Shown: positions 1-12,361 of the stretch, in pieces | How positions within the stretch are numbered: the first letter of the stretch is position 1 | Layout: each line of letters opens with the position of its first letter | DNA from: Octopus sinensis | Lineage: Eukaryota | Direction of reading: 5' to 3' | NCBI RefSeq assembly: GCF_006345805.1 | Contig: NC_042999.1 | Location: 99,820,001 to 99,884,000 of the forward strand | Length of the DNA: 64,000 bases | Program-made: the position numbers and the translations under genes | Notes under the pieces: generated by a model | The model's input: only the letters and a program-made list of their open reading frames with translations | Databases searched by the model: none | What the model was told of the DNA's origin: nothing

Positions 1-744
1 ATATAGAATTAACTACCTATGAATTTGACTTATGGCATATCTGTCTTTATTTCTCATTTATCGTTAATTATATATATGTATGCGTGTGTTTATACACACG
101 CCCACACATGCACACACACACGCGTACACATATATATCTTGGAATAGTGAATCCTGAAGGACACACAAAGATATTCTTTTATTCTTTTACTTGGTTCACT
201 CATTTGACTGCGGCCATAATGACGCACCGCCTTGAAGGTTTTTATTTTCTTCAAACAAGTCGATCCCAGGACATATTTCTAAAACCTAGTACTTATTGTA
301 TCGCTCTCTTTTGCCGAACCGCTTAGCTACGGGGACATAAACACTCCAACACTGGTTGTCGAGCAGTGATGGGTGACAAACACAAACATAGACACACATA
401 TATATATCAACACCCATTTATTACATTCAGTAGTATAATTGCCATGCAATAAAAAAAAACACTTGTGTATTAATAATTGGGTATTCTACCAGCAGTATAG
501 CAGTATATTGGATAGATATTAACCCTTAGTTGGTTGGATTCACAACCTCTAACTCTCTTTGAATTATATATATATATATATATATATATTTATCAGAAGC
601 GGTGAGTGAAATACAAAAGGGTTTTCAATACAATATTTACAATAAAAAAACAATAGTGTCCTCTACAATAGCCTCAGACCGACGAAAGCCTTGAGAGACA
701 AACAGTAAAAGAAACCCATAGTGTGTGTGTGCGTGTGTGTGTGT

Positions 745-950
745 GTATCTTTCTGTCTGTCCTGTCCTCTACCACAGATGACAACCGGTGTTGCTTTCTT
801 TACGTCGCCGTTACTTAACAGTTCGACAAAAGGGCTCTATGGAATAGGTAGCAGGTTTAAGAGTTAAAAAGTACCGGAATCGATTCGTTCGACTAAAACT
901 CCAACAATGTGGTGCTCCAGCATAGCCGCAGTCTAAGGCTGAAACAAGTA
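745..950 (-). mobile_element. 3' portion of a second SINE family (also at about 245-395 on plus)
   Basis: TGACAACCGGTGTTG..CGTTACTTAACAGTTCGACAAAAG is the inverse of TTGCCGAACCGCTTAGCTACGGGGAC..CACTGGTTGTCG at about 310-362. Confidence 0.6.
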
Positions 951-975
951 TAAGAGAAAAGATAAGAGATAAAAA

Positions 976-1069
<94 letters not shown>

Positions 1070-2511
1070 ATAAAAATAAAAGACGCTTGCATACCTACAT
1101 ATACAAATCAATGCAACCATATGTATATGTGTGCCTTTGTGTATGAGTGTGTGTGTATGTGTTTGTGTGTGCACATGTTTGTGTATACATCGCCACTCTC
1201 GCACACATATATGAAATATGCATATGTAATTTTTTTCAAGCGTATATAAACATGTATATGTTCGTGTTTATTAGTGCTTGAGTGTGTGTGTTTGCGTATG
1301 TGTGTGTGTATTTGAGTATTTACTTATAACTATTCCAGTATTTGCTGCGTTTTCTATCTGCCATATGTTTTCATTTAACAATTGCTGAATAAAATATAAA
1401 TTTGATTTTTCTATTGTTTACTCGGTACACAAAAATATAACATAAAATTCTTAAAATTAGAACTCCAATATGGAATATCTCCCCTCGAAAAGCCAAAACT
1501 GAAAGAAAATTTTAAAGAGAAAGTAAAAAATGGCTTTCTAACTTAAATTTTTAATAATGGATATCAGGTAATTCGAACAAGGTAAACTCTTTGAACTCAG
1601 AGCAGCTGCTTTTCGCTAACAGCACAACTTTCATCAAAACGTATTGGATCAGCACATCCAACAACTTTTATTTTTATTTTATTTTATTTTAAGGTCGGAT
1701 CCGAATTGAGACTTTCAAAGATTTCCATTACTGAATTTAATGAAACAATAAATTAATTTTTGCGTTAATTGCTGTTGGAAACGTTCAGTTACTTAATGCC
1801 ACGCCTCTAATCTCTTTCAGTGGAAATAACCGTTCTGGGGTGTTGTAATGATTAATTTTACCGCCTTTAGTTTAATTAGGAGTAAAGCATCGTTTTAATT
1901 ACTTACATAACTTAATGATCAGTCATGATATGAATACATCTTCCGAAGTTACCTCCTTATCTTTTATTATTTTTCTTCAAGCAACTTTCCCAATGCAATC
2001 TCCGAAGTAATTAGAAAATTTAACTCATGATCCCCGCCACCATCCAAAAAAGAAATGAAAGAAGAAAACGAGAAAAGAAAGGAATGATTCAATTTCCATT
2101 GTTTGATTATCAATATTTTGATTTTTTTTAATCATTCTTCGATCAATATTGAACACATGCAATGACCTTCCAGTTTATTTATTTCATCCTTCCAATTCTG
2201 AAAGACTCACTATGTCAGTTCGCCAGTTCGGCTGCTTGCGAGTCAGTCTGTCAGTCTCTTTATTTCTTTCTCCCTCACTGAATACTCACACACACACGCG
2301 CATAAACGTACATACATGCATATGTACATATATGTGTTTACACACATACACACACACATATATGTTTGTGTGTGTGTGTGTGTGTGTAGGCCACAAAAAC
2401 TGGCGGTACTGACTAGCACCTCTTTTGCTAAAAAAAGCGTTAAAATAACTCAAAGCCACAAGGGCACTGAATTTAATGACTTACAAAGGGAGGTAAGTCC
2501 CCAGCATGCAT

Positions 2512-2567
2512 AGTCGGATCGCAATTTCAGATTTTGATGCAGACCATCTTAATCCTCATCAGTGACT
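2512..2567 (-). ncRNA. Slightly degenerate minimal hammerhead motif
   Basis: AGUCA-CUGAUGA-GGAUU-AA-GAUG(GUCUG)CAUC-AA-AAUCU-GAAAU-UGCG-AUC-CGACU. One mismatch at the base of stem I; stem III is a wobble palindrome. Lies in a ~540 bp module between (GT)n and (TA)n. Confidence 0.55.
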
Positions 2568-2926
2568 CTTAACGCCTAGGGCTAAACTTAACTACCTCTG
2601 TCAGTCTTATAAGAAAAACCGTTGAAAACGTGTTGATTTTCAAAACGATAAAGTGTAAAGAACAAATCGAAATGGGTGGCTTATTAGCAATTAGAACCTA
2701 AAGGCAAATAGAAGTCACAAAAGTGACAGAAGGTCCGGTGCAATTCGACTATGTACGCTGGTGTCTTACTTTCCTTTGACAGTTCAGTGCTTGTGTGGCT
2801 TTTGAGTTATTTTAAACTCTTATCTTTAACAAAAGATGTGCTAATCAGTACCCTCTGTCACTTTTGTGACATCTATTAATTTTGCCTTTAGTTTCTAATT
2901 GGTAATACGCTACCCTTTTTAATTTG

Positions 2927-2970
<44 letters not shown>

Positions 2971-3105
2971 CAGGGTGAGCCAAAATTTACGTACTAAAAC
3001 ATGCTGTTACTCTCAATTACTTCTTATTATGTGTAGCGTCTTAAATGAGTTTTGATCTTGGTGTTAGGACTTTTGGTTCACAATTTGTAAATAACTATAT
3101 CTATT

Positions 3106-3182
<77 letters not shown>

Positions 3183-5279
3183 CTTTATATATATATATAT
3201 ATGAATTGCCTTCTATATTTTTTCTAAATATTTCTCTCCCGCTTTCCTTCTTTCTATTTTATGAAGATTCTGCCTCTCATGTGATGCTTGATTTGTTTTT
3301 GTTCTCTTATACAACCATTTAGTTCACATCTGCACATGTATTGTTTTCAGGAAATGTATTTAAACATGTTTCAAACGGTGTATTCAGTATTGAAATATTT
3401 CCGAATTTTTGGGGTGGCTTTCTACTCGGAACATAACCTAGATTTTCCTTTCATGATGCACAAGGGGCTAATAGAAATAGAAATGCCAATCAAATTACAT
3501 CAGATGGCACTTTAACAGCCAATGATCTACAAACGAAAAGGACGTGATGAGAAGTTCCAGGCTTATACAGTTTTGACAATTTTACTGAATTAGGTCCAAT
3601 CTCCAGGCTTATACAGCTTTAATAATTTTACTAAATTAGGGCCAATCTAGTATTAAACAATCTCCACATCATCATGATGTAAAGCTGAAACATTGTCATC
3701 CAGGTTACGCTGTTGTCTAGGGGAGTTTTAATAATCAGAATTAACTTTTCAGTAACTGGAATTAGAAATTCATCCGTAATATCATCTGGGAGACGCTGAT
3801 TGATTCCACGTATGTACTCAGTATCACTTCATTGCTGTTACTAATAATATCTAACATAGACACAATTGCACAAATTTAAGAAGAGATAGTTGATTTAGTA
3901 GACCTCAATACTTGAGTGGTACTTTATCTTTCCTATAGCAAAACGATGAACGGTAAAGTTAGCTCAGTGGGGGCTGAACTCAGTAATTTTGCCTGACTCT
4001 CAAACCATTCTGCCTAACTATTAATCAAGGCTCAAATTTAGAGTGGGGAAGCGTATATTCGACATCTATTATTTTGCATTTTACTTGTTTTATCGAAACT
4101 TATAGAACTATAATTATTGCAAACATAAGCGTTTTCTGGTACGTACTCAACCTAACGACAGAGTTCCTATGTGGTCGTTTAACTTAGAATTAAATACTTT
4201 AAACAGTTTTTCCCCCCAAAAGAGCACGTCAAGCCATGTAGCTCTGGGATCCCTGCACAAAGGAAATTAGAAGGTATTATCATAATCATAACTAAAAGGG
4301 TGTCGATCAGGACTGACTGTCGATAATACAAAAGCAACATCGATAAAACAGCAACAGCAACAGCATCAACAATAACAATAAAAGTAACCAACGTATGCTT
4401 TATCGAACCGGGAAATTAATGACAGCTCGCAAAGATGGAGAAATAAACACCTTACGGCATCTTGCATACATTCAAAGGAATGTATGTATGTACGTATGCA
4501 TGTATGTAATTCAAATGTCATCGACAGTTTCATATGTGTGACCCGATAAAATTTCTGTTTTTTAATCTATACATATATTTCCAAGGCCAACACTTATTCA
4601 GTTTGAGGGCAGAGAATACATTTAAGTGTAACCTGGCTCTAGAAATTATCAGTATTTATCATGGCAATAGTGCAAAGACGTTGTTATTATAATCGTCTAG
4701 CCTCAGTTAGACTCTGATTAATCAAAATATTAACCAGATGTTTCACTTTTCATCGCCCCATACTTTTTTTTTCTTTGTATAGCCAGGATTTTTTTATTAT
4801 CAAGATACAAAGTTGTGATCAGTGGAAGGGAGCGGGGAGTACATACATGATCCCCCCTAGAATCGTAATGTAAAGTTCAACAGACAGGAAAATGGTGGTG
4901 TTTCTTTTCCTTGTTTCTTTCCTGTCATCTGTTAACGCTCGACAAATAGTTGAGAACGAAGCTATAAAGAAATGATGACTTACCAATCCAGAAACCATTT
5001 TCTATTTTCTATCTATTATTTTACTTTTTATGACACTCATAATTACACGTTACACCCTAGTATTCGTCACTCACTCAGGACTTCAAATTTACAGATCATT
5101 TGCTGGGTTCAATCGCCTACTATATACAGATAAACAGGTTAGATTAGATAACATGAGTGAAACATCCTTCATTAACATGTTATCTACAGATATATTCATC
5201 TGTGAAATTGGTTTTACTTCAGTTCGATATATTTTGTTTTTTAGCAACTACTTTTTTCTTTTATTTATTGACTTGCTTA

Positions 5280-5406
5280 AATATAAATACATCTATGTAG
5301 GAATGTATGTATGTACGTATGCATGTATGTATATATGTATGTATATAAATACGTGTATACATACGTGTGCATATATATGTGTGTATATGTACACATATAT
5401 GACATG

Positions 5407-5468
<62 letters not shown>

Positions 5469-5629
5469 CATATATATATAATATATCTATATATATGCGT
5501 GTGTGTATGTGTATGTTTGTCTATGTACGTGTATGTGTGTACATTTATATACATGTATGTGTATACGTAATATATATGTGTGTATTTGTATGTATAATAT
5601 ATACATATATATATACTTATATGAGCTTG

Positions 5630-5681
<52 letters not shown>

Positions 5682-6350
5682 CTATGCACGCAGACACACG
5701 TTCACACACACATACGTACACACGCATACATTCCCTGAACGTTACTCCATTCAGTAATTACTTTCTGATGCAAACATCAAAATAAATCAGTGTATATGTG
5801 CATATACATTGTTATATGTGTGTAACATACACATAGGTGTATATATGCATGTGCGTTCGTGTGTACGCTCGAAAGAGTGTATGTATAACTCTGTGTGTAT
5901 GTGTGTCTGCTTGTGTGTGTGCGTGTGTATGTGTGTGCGTATGTGTGTATCTGTGTACGTCTGTGTGTATATGTTGTGTCTGTGCGTCTGTATGCGACAA
6001 AAACGAATAGGAAATAGAAAGTAGGAATGAAATGAAAAGAAAGAAAATTTAGGCGAAATATGTATGAGAGAGAAAGACATAGAGATAGAGAAAGAGAGAG
6101 AGAGAAGGGGAAAAGGTAGAGAGATAGGGTATCAAAGACACAAAGAGAGAGAGGGGGAAACAGCGAGAGAGAAAGACAGAGAATGAGAAAGATAGAGAAA
6201 GAGAAAGACAAAGAGAGACAGAAAGACAGAGAGAAACACAGAGAGAGAAATCCAGAGAGCTAGAGAAAGACAGAGAGAAATAGAGAGAAAGACTATGAGG
6301 GAAGCAAAGGACGAATTAGAAAGAGAAAAATAGACGAGAGGGGTAGAAAT
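5280..6350. repeat. Extended (TA)/(GT)/(TC)/(GA) simple-repeat field
   Basis: Direct reading; the overlapping ORFs here are low-complexity artefacts. Confidence 0.95.
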
Positions 6351-6640
6351 AGATAAAGAGGTAATTATGTACGAGTAAAATTTGTAGTTAAATCGAACTC
6401 TGCTTCAATCGAAGCATTAAACACGTTTTCAGACATTTTCATTTTATTAAGTCAGCATTTTTATTCTGGGTAAATTTAACGTTTCAGGTGAATTGTTGAG
6501 TAACGGAATAACGGAATAGCTGATTCCGTTATACAATTTCAAAGCAATTAGATTATATAGAAGCTCTAACCTTCATGCCATGTAACTTCTTGCTTACCTC
6601 ATACTTTTGTCATACACACTCTCTCTCACATACCAATATA

Positions 6641-6867
6641 TTTCTTTATTGCCCACAAGGGGCTAAACATAGAGGGGGAAAACAAGGACAGACAAATGGA
6701 TTAAGTCGATTACATCGACCCCAGTGCGAAACTGGTACTTTATTTATCGATCCCCGAAAGGATGAAAGGCAAAGTGGACCTCGGCGGAATTTGAACTCAG
6801 AACGTAACGACAGACAAAATACCGCTAAGCATTTCGCCTGGCGTGCTAACGTTTCTGCCAGCTCACC
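6641..6867 (-). mobile_element. tRNA-derived SINE (octopus-type), full length
   Basis: Box A TGGCAGAAACGTTAG and box B GAGTTCAAATTCC on the minus strand; flanking direct repeat CATACCAATA. Confidence 0.85.
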
Positions 6868-6959
6868 TCATACATACCAATACTTACATATGTATGTGTG
6901 TGTGTGTATATATATCGCTGTATGTAGGTGAAAAGGCGTTATACAATAATAGTGTTATA

Positions 6960-7212
6960 CAGTAATCCCTCGGCTATTGCGTGTGTTACGTTCCAAAACC
7001 GCCTCGCGATAGATGAAAATCCGTGAAGTAGAAACAGTACTGTACTGTATATACTTTTAATTATTTTTATAATTTAATTATATTTATAATTTTTATAATT
7101 TGTATATATTTATTTTATTATAAAATCAATTGACGTAATTGACGTAAACTTAAATATTAAACCGCGATAGATGAACCGTGAAAGTGAACCGCGATATGGC
7201 GAGGGGTTACTG
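6960..7212. mobile_element. Tc1/mariner (Tigger/pogo-like) MITE
   Basis: TIR CAGTAATCCCTCG / CGAGGGGTTACTG (12 of 13 match), TA on both sides, AT-rich core. Confidence 0.8.
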
Positions 7213-7409
7213 TATATTAATTAGTATGAGGTATATTCCGGTTGTCAGTTGTTGACTCAGGCCCTCGTGATATCAATATATCCACGAACAGTTTTCCAAT
7301 GAGTCTATGTTTGTATGTGTATGTATATGTGTGTGCTCATTTATATACATATGTATGTGTATATGTACATATGTATATATAGAGAGAAACACTATATATT
7401 ATACATACA

Positions 7410-7445
<36 letters not shown>

Positions 7446-9299
7446 TGTATATATATATGTGTGTTGTGTGTGCGTGTGTGTGTGCATGTATATATGTGTG
7501 TATAATATATAGTGGTCCTAAACAGAATGTGTTTAGAGTTCAAATAATCCTTTCTATTATATTTGCAGTTTAAATAATGAGAAGTATTTTGATTCATTAT
7601 TATCTATCGTTGGTTTTTCGCTAACTGTTGCATTAAGAGAATTAGTCTGGACCTTTAGATACGTTTCTTTAAACTATATATATTTATAGACCTCCCCAAT
7701 TGCGAAATCACCTGCGCTTTCATTAGATATTTGTAAAGGTCCATCTTTCTATTCATATGACTTTTAAAATAATTGACGTTTTTAAAGGAAGTTCAACTCT
7801 CATTATGTTTAAAGTTGTTCTAGCCACGACTTTTTTTTAAAGATAATCTGCCACTACATTGCCTAATCTAGTTTCCATTTATATTTATATTTATATTTCT
7901 AAATCATGTAGGGAATGAACTGAACGAGAGAACACATTGCTCTAATGTTGGTATCTTTTTTTTTTAATGAGTCGCATATTTAAGATAATTTATTCATTGA
8001 AATCTAAGTATTATTTTTACCATATATATATATATATATATGAATCTTGATACTTGTCGGAAGCGGAGGGATTTTGGCGAATGGTGAATTTTATGAAATA
8101 TATACTTTTGCGTAACATTATAATGGACATTCAGCTTATGTTCTGCCATAATACATGTATGAATTCTTTGATAATTCTGTGTGCTTTAGATACTAACGTG
8201 ATGATGGACTCTCAATTTATTTGACTTATCGCTGAAAATTGAATATAAACGACGGCATATATATTTTTATGGTTTGTCAAACCCAGTTTATTTGCCTGTC
8301 TACCTGCTTGCTTGTAAAATTTTGTATCAATCTAACAAGACATCAACAGTGATTTCTTATCGCAAACAGCTTTCAACCAGCCTCCTCTTTCTTTATTTGA
8401 GATACAAGGTTCTTTTATTAACTGCTATGGTGTAATTTAAAGACATCATCTGTATTTTCTAGTGAGGCAGAAAGAAGCATGATGCTGCTTGGTTGACCAA
8501 TTAGAGCAATACAAAATCCATAGCAACCGGTCAGTTAGGCTATAACTACAAAGAGAAATCAAAGTCCTCTATAAAATGCAGTGAAACATATCGATTCACT
8601 CACTGAACGAATCCAAACTCAGCACAGTATACCACTTCACTGCTGTCTAATGTCTACTTATAGCTTGCAGAATTTTTAGAGCATCGTTAAAACTTCACAG
8701 TATTTGTTCCAACTCTTTATATTCTGAGTTCAAATTTCAACTACGTCAACATTTCTTTTCCTCCCTTCGGAGCCTAAAACATAGTGTCAATCTAGAACCG
8801 GATTTGATGGTGTCAACAAACCCTTACCCCTTAAAATCGTATCACATGTATTGTGTATTACATTATGCTCTTCAATAGATTTCTTATATTAAGTTTTATT
8901 AAATGTAGGTCCTTTACGTTCTAAAGAAATACTTCAAAACATACCATATAAATATACTTAATGTTACATCTAGTTTCCCTGCTATGGAGCAGAACTATCT
9001 TCTTTGAAACATATACAATATTGATTGATTAAGAGTCACATCATTGCTGAATATGCTTGATAACATTATTCAATCTGTGTATTAACAGATCTAAAGAACA
9101 ATTGCAGTCAATTTGTGCTTCTCTGATACTTTTCCTGGTGTCACTTTTTCTCTTGTTAAAAAGCCCTAACGCTGTCATGTATATTTTTTCGTGATCAAAT
9201 CTTGGTGGCTAGTTAAAAAGTGAGTAATATTTTCTTCCCAACTTTCTGATACGCATTGCATTATATTTCCTTGCCTATGTCTAATCGGAGGATGACAAC

Positions 9300-11293
9300 T
9301 TTGTGCAACAAAAATGTTATTTAATATCAATTTCAATCCTGTACTTTGCAAGCAGCACTGAGACTCCGTTTCCCTATTTCCACTCAGTTTTGTCAGCTAT
9401 TGATTGTGCAGGGTTTTCCTGTGCAGTGGCTTTTGCATGGTATTCCGTAGTTTCTCCCTTCATTTCAGTCAGTCTTGAAAACAATGATGCATCTAGTAAA
9501 ATAACTTCCTCATTTTTAAGCTGTTGTTGAAAACCTAAATTTACATGAAGTTTTTATAGAAGATGTAAGTTTAGATCACTTTAAAACAGTGCGTTTGTAT
9601 TATAGAATCAGGGGTAAACTTATGTGTGTAGTTATCAAAATAGTTAAAGGGCGTTTTTTCCCACTATCTACATTGTTGTTGCACTTTTCATCTTATAATT
9701 GCTAGCCAGTTTAGATGTTGTATGATATTTGTTGGCTTCTTTGAAGAAGCAAACAATTCGCTTCGAAACCATTTGTATTAGTTTTCTGTTATTGTTTACA
9801 GTTATAGTTGTAGTCTCACTGTGAATATTCCATAATATTCTTATTGTTGAAGACCATACCTCCCCGAGGAAGTAAATATACATAGAGTAATATACTTTTG
9901 CACAATCACGCTTTAGTTTATTCCAAAGTATATCGTTATATCTATAGTTTTTCTGTCTAGGTAATTCATAGAGTTTCCGGTTGAAAATATTATAGCTGTA
10001 TCGTATAACAGTACCAGCTGAAATATTTATGCCATTTATCTTATAATTTTCATTTCGCCATGTTTTAAATACTAACTATAAGCATCTAAAATATTTCTCC
10101 ATAAACCAATGTTTTAGTTTTCGAAGTATTTTAAAACTATATTTGAGATAACACCCGCTTCACAGTTTCTATATATGTTTCTTTATTGCCCACAAGGGGC
10201 TAAACATAGAGGGGACAAACAAGGACAGACAAACGGTTTAAGTCGATTACATCGACCCCAGTGCGTAACTGGTACTTAATTTATCGACCCCGAAAGGATG
10301 AAAGGCAAAGTCGACCTCGGCGGAGTTTGAACTCAGAACGCAACGACAGACGCAATACCGCTAAGCATTTCGCCCGGTGTGCTAACGTTTCTGCCAGCTC
10401 GCTGCCTTTGTTTCTATATCTAATATGTTATATGGTATTAATTTACTTTCCTCTTTTTCAAGGTTTAGTTGGTGCATTCGTTTACATTTAATCTTCCTAG
10501 TATATCCATATTATCTTTGTAGCAATATCTAAAATTGTTTAACCTCTGCAGCTTACAGTACGAGGCTGTTATATAAACAAAAGATGGCTATTAGTCTTTC
10601 CATAGGATTTGCACCTTTGTCCAGTGCGGTTCGACGTGAAAGATAAGGTGTTTACGCTAGTCATAAAAGAACTGGAGTGATCCGTGTAACAAGATAGTAT
10701 GTCACTTTTCTCATTATGATTGGGATGGTTTTATACTCCAGCCTCTCTTTTGTGTTTGTAACTGTATAATTGTCTTATACTTATTCGTAACTCGTTTAAT
10801 TTATCATATTATTAGTGGTGCTTACTAAAGTCTAGTGTTTCCAGGAGATACAAACGGTAAGCAATGTCAAATGACATACTTAACAACCACTTTGTAAAGT
10901 CTTGGGTTTCTTAATCATTAATTGGTTTTTGTAGTCTCTTAAGTCCTTGCAGAATAAAATTCTTGTCTCCAAGAAGTAAGTTTTTCAAGCATTTATTTAA
11001 CATGTACGATTATATTCTATGAAAAGATAAACTATGAATCTGTTGCGTGTAAGGTATTCCACTTCCTCGGTGTTGGGTGTTAATATGCAATGGGCTATAT
11101 CAGCATATCGTTAGACAGCTCAGTATGTTACATAAGGAGTTATGGGGACAGATCATTTCCAAGTGTATATGAGTGAAAATGTGAAAGTCATTGACGAAAC
11201 GGAAACACTGGTGTTTTGGAGAGTAATTACTATGTGTATTATTTGCTCCACCCAAGTTACACAGAAAATTCCTTGATGCGCTAAGCGTGGGAT
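9300..11293 (-). pseudogene. Decayed exon with sushi/CCP-like repeats, TM-like segment and cytoplasmic tail
   Basis: TTTGCAG acceptor at 11294; a ~130-codon stop-free frame (10059-9671) containing GTVIRYS(Y)N..YR(Y)NDILWNKLKRDCAKVY; shifted frame PLTILITTHISLPLIL; tail QQLKNEEVILLDASLFSRL. Confidence 0.4.
10178..10406 (-). mobile_element. tRNA-derived SINE, close relative of 6641-6867
   Basis: Near-identical sequence; flanking repeat GTTTCTATAT; interrupts the sushi-like decayed frame. Confidence 0.85.
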
Positions 11294-12323
11294 CTGCAAA
11301 CATTTATGTAGTTCTTCACAAATGCCATATAAAATATGTGCGTGAGTGTATAAGTCTATCTATATATATATATATGTGTACATGTTTGTGTGTGTGTGTG
11401 TGTGTGTGTGTCTGTGTATGTTCGTGTGCGTGCTTGTGTGTGTGTCCGTGTGTATGCGTGCGTTTGTGTATACGTGCGTATACATATATAAGTAGACACA
11501 AGTGGAATTCGAAATAGTGTCCTCATTGTAGCTTGTTGTAATGCAACTCTTTCCTCCGCAGTGCTTTCTACAGTTGCCGATAATATAGCCTATAAATTCA
11601 ACTCAGAGAAAGCTTAGAGTTTTTCATTTTCACTGTAAGCTTCGGATTAATACTAATGCCACCTACTCTTGAGGGCACGTTAAAGTTATTTAAGATAACT
11701 CCAAGTCTATTTCTTTACTTGAACGATAAACGGCTTAGTAAACATTGCTGGCACCATTAATCCCATCATATTTTCACTCCGAAGACATTTGTTCATGTGT
11801 TCTCAACTGACGTGCTCATCTTAATATTTATGAATCAGAGAACGACGAAAAACATCACAAGCAGAAGTGAATAACCTCACAGCGAATATATAACCTGTGT
11901 AGTTCCAAAGAAAGACAGAGTAAGCTGCTACAAGCAGTATAACTTATAGATCCTGCTAGCAGTCGCCTTCATCTCTTCATTCATTTCTTATTTCTTAAAT
12001 ACATGATGTCTCGAGCAACTTAGATCGATTTCCGATCAAAAATGGTTGCAGCTGTTGCACTACATTCAATTTTTTTCCAATTTCAAGTACAATAATAAAT
12101 ATACACATACGCGTTATACACTTACACAAACACGCGTATACGAAATACACACACGCGGACAAAGAGATATACAAAGACAATACGAATGCAAACACACACA
12201 CACACACACACGGCGAGGCTTCAGCATTAACTGTAATGTTAAACCCAACAAATTGATCTTATGCTCAAAAAGACGTAAAAAAACTATATAATTACATTTG
12301 CTATCACGCACACACATGCACAC

Positions 12324-12361
<38 letters not shown>

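Noticed and set aside
1540-1950. Cys-rich decayed frame reminiscent of a Ginger/integrase C-terminus (similar impression at 12950-13330)
   Set aside because: Too many stops and too little motif to name.
5030-6211. Long ORFs (251, 142, 144 aa) and similar ORFs at 17424-18063, 41262-41582, 42127-42862, 45328-45831 and 47029-48107
   Set aside because: They translate simple repeats ([16 protein letters not shown]); no coding signal.
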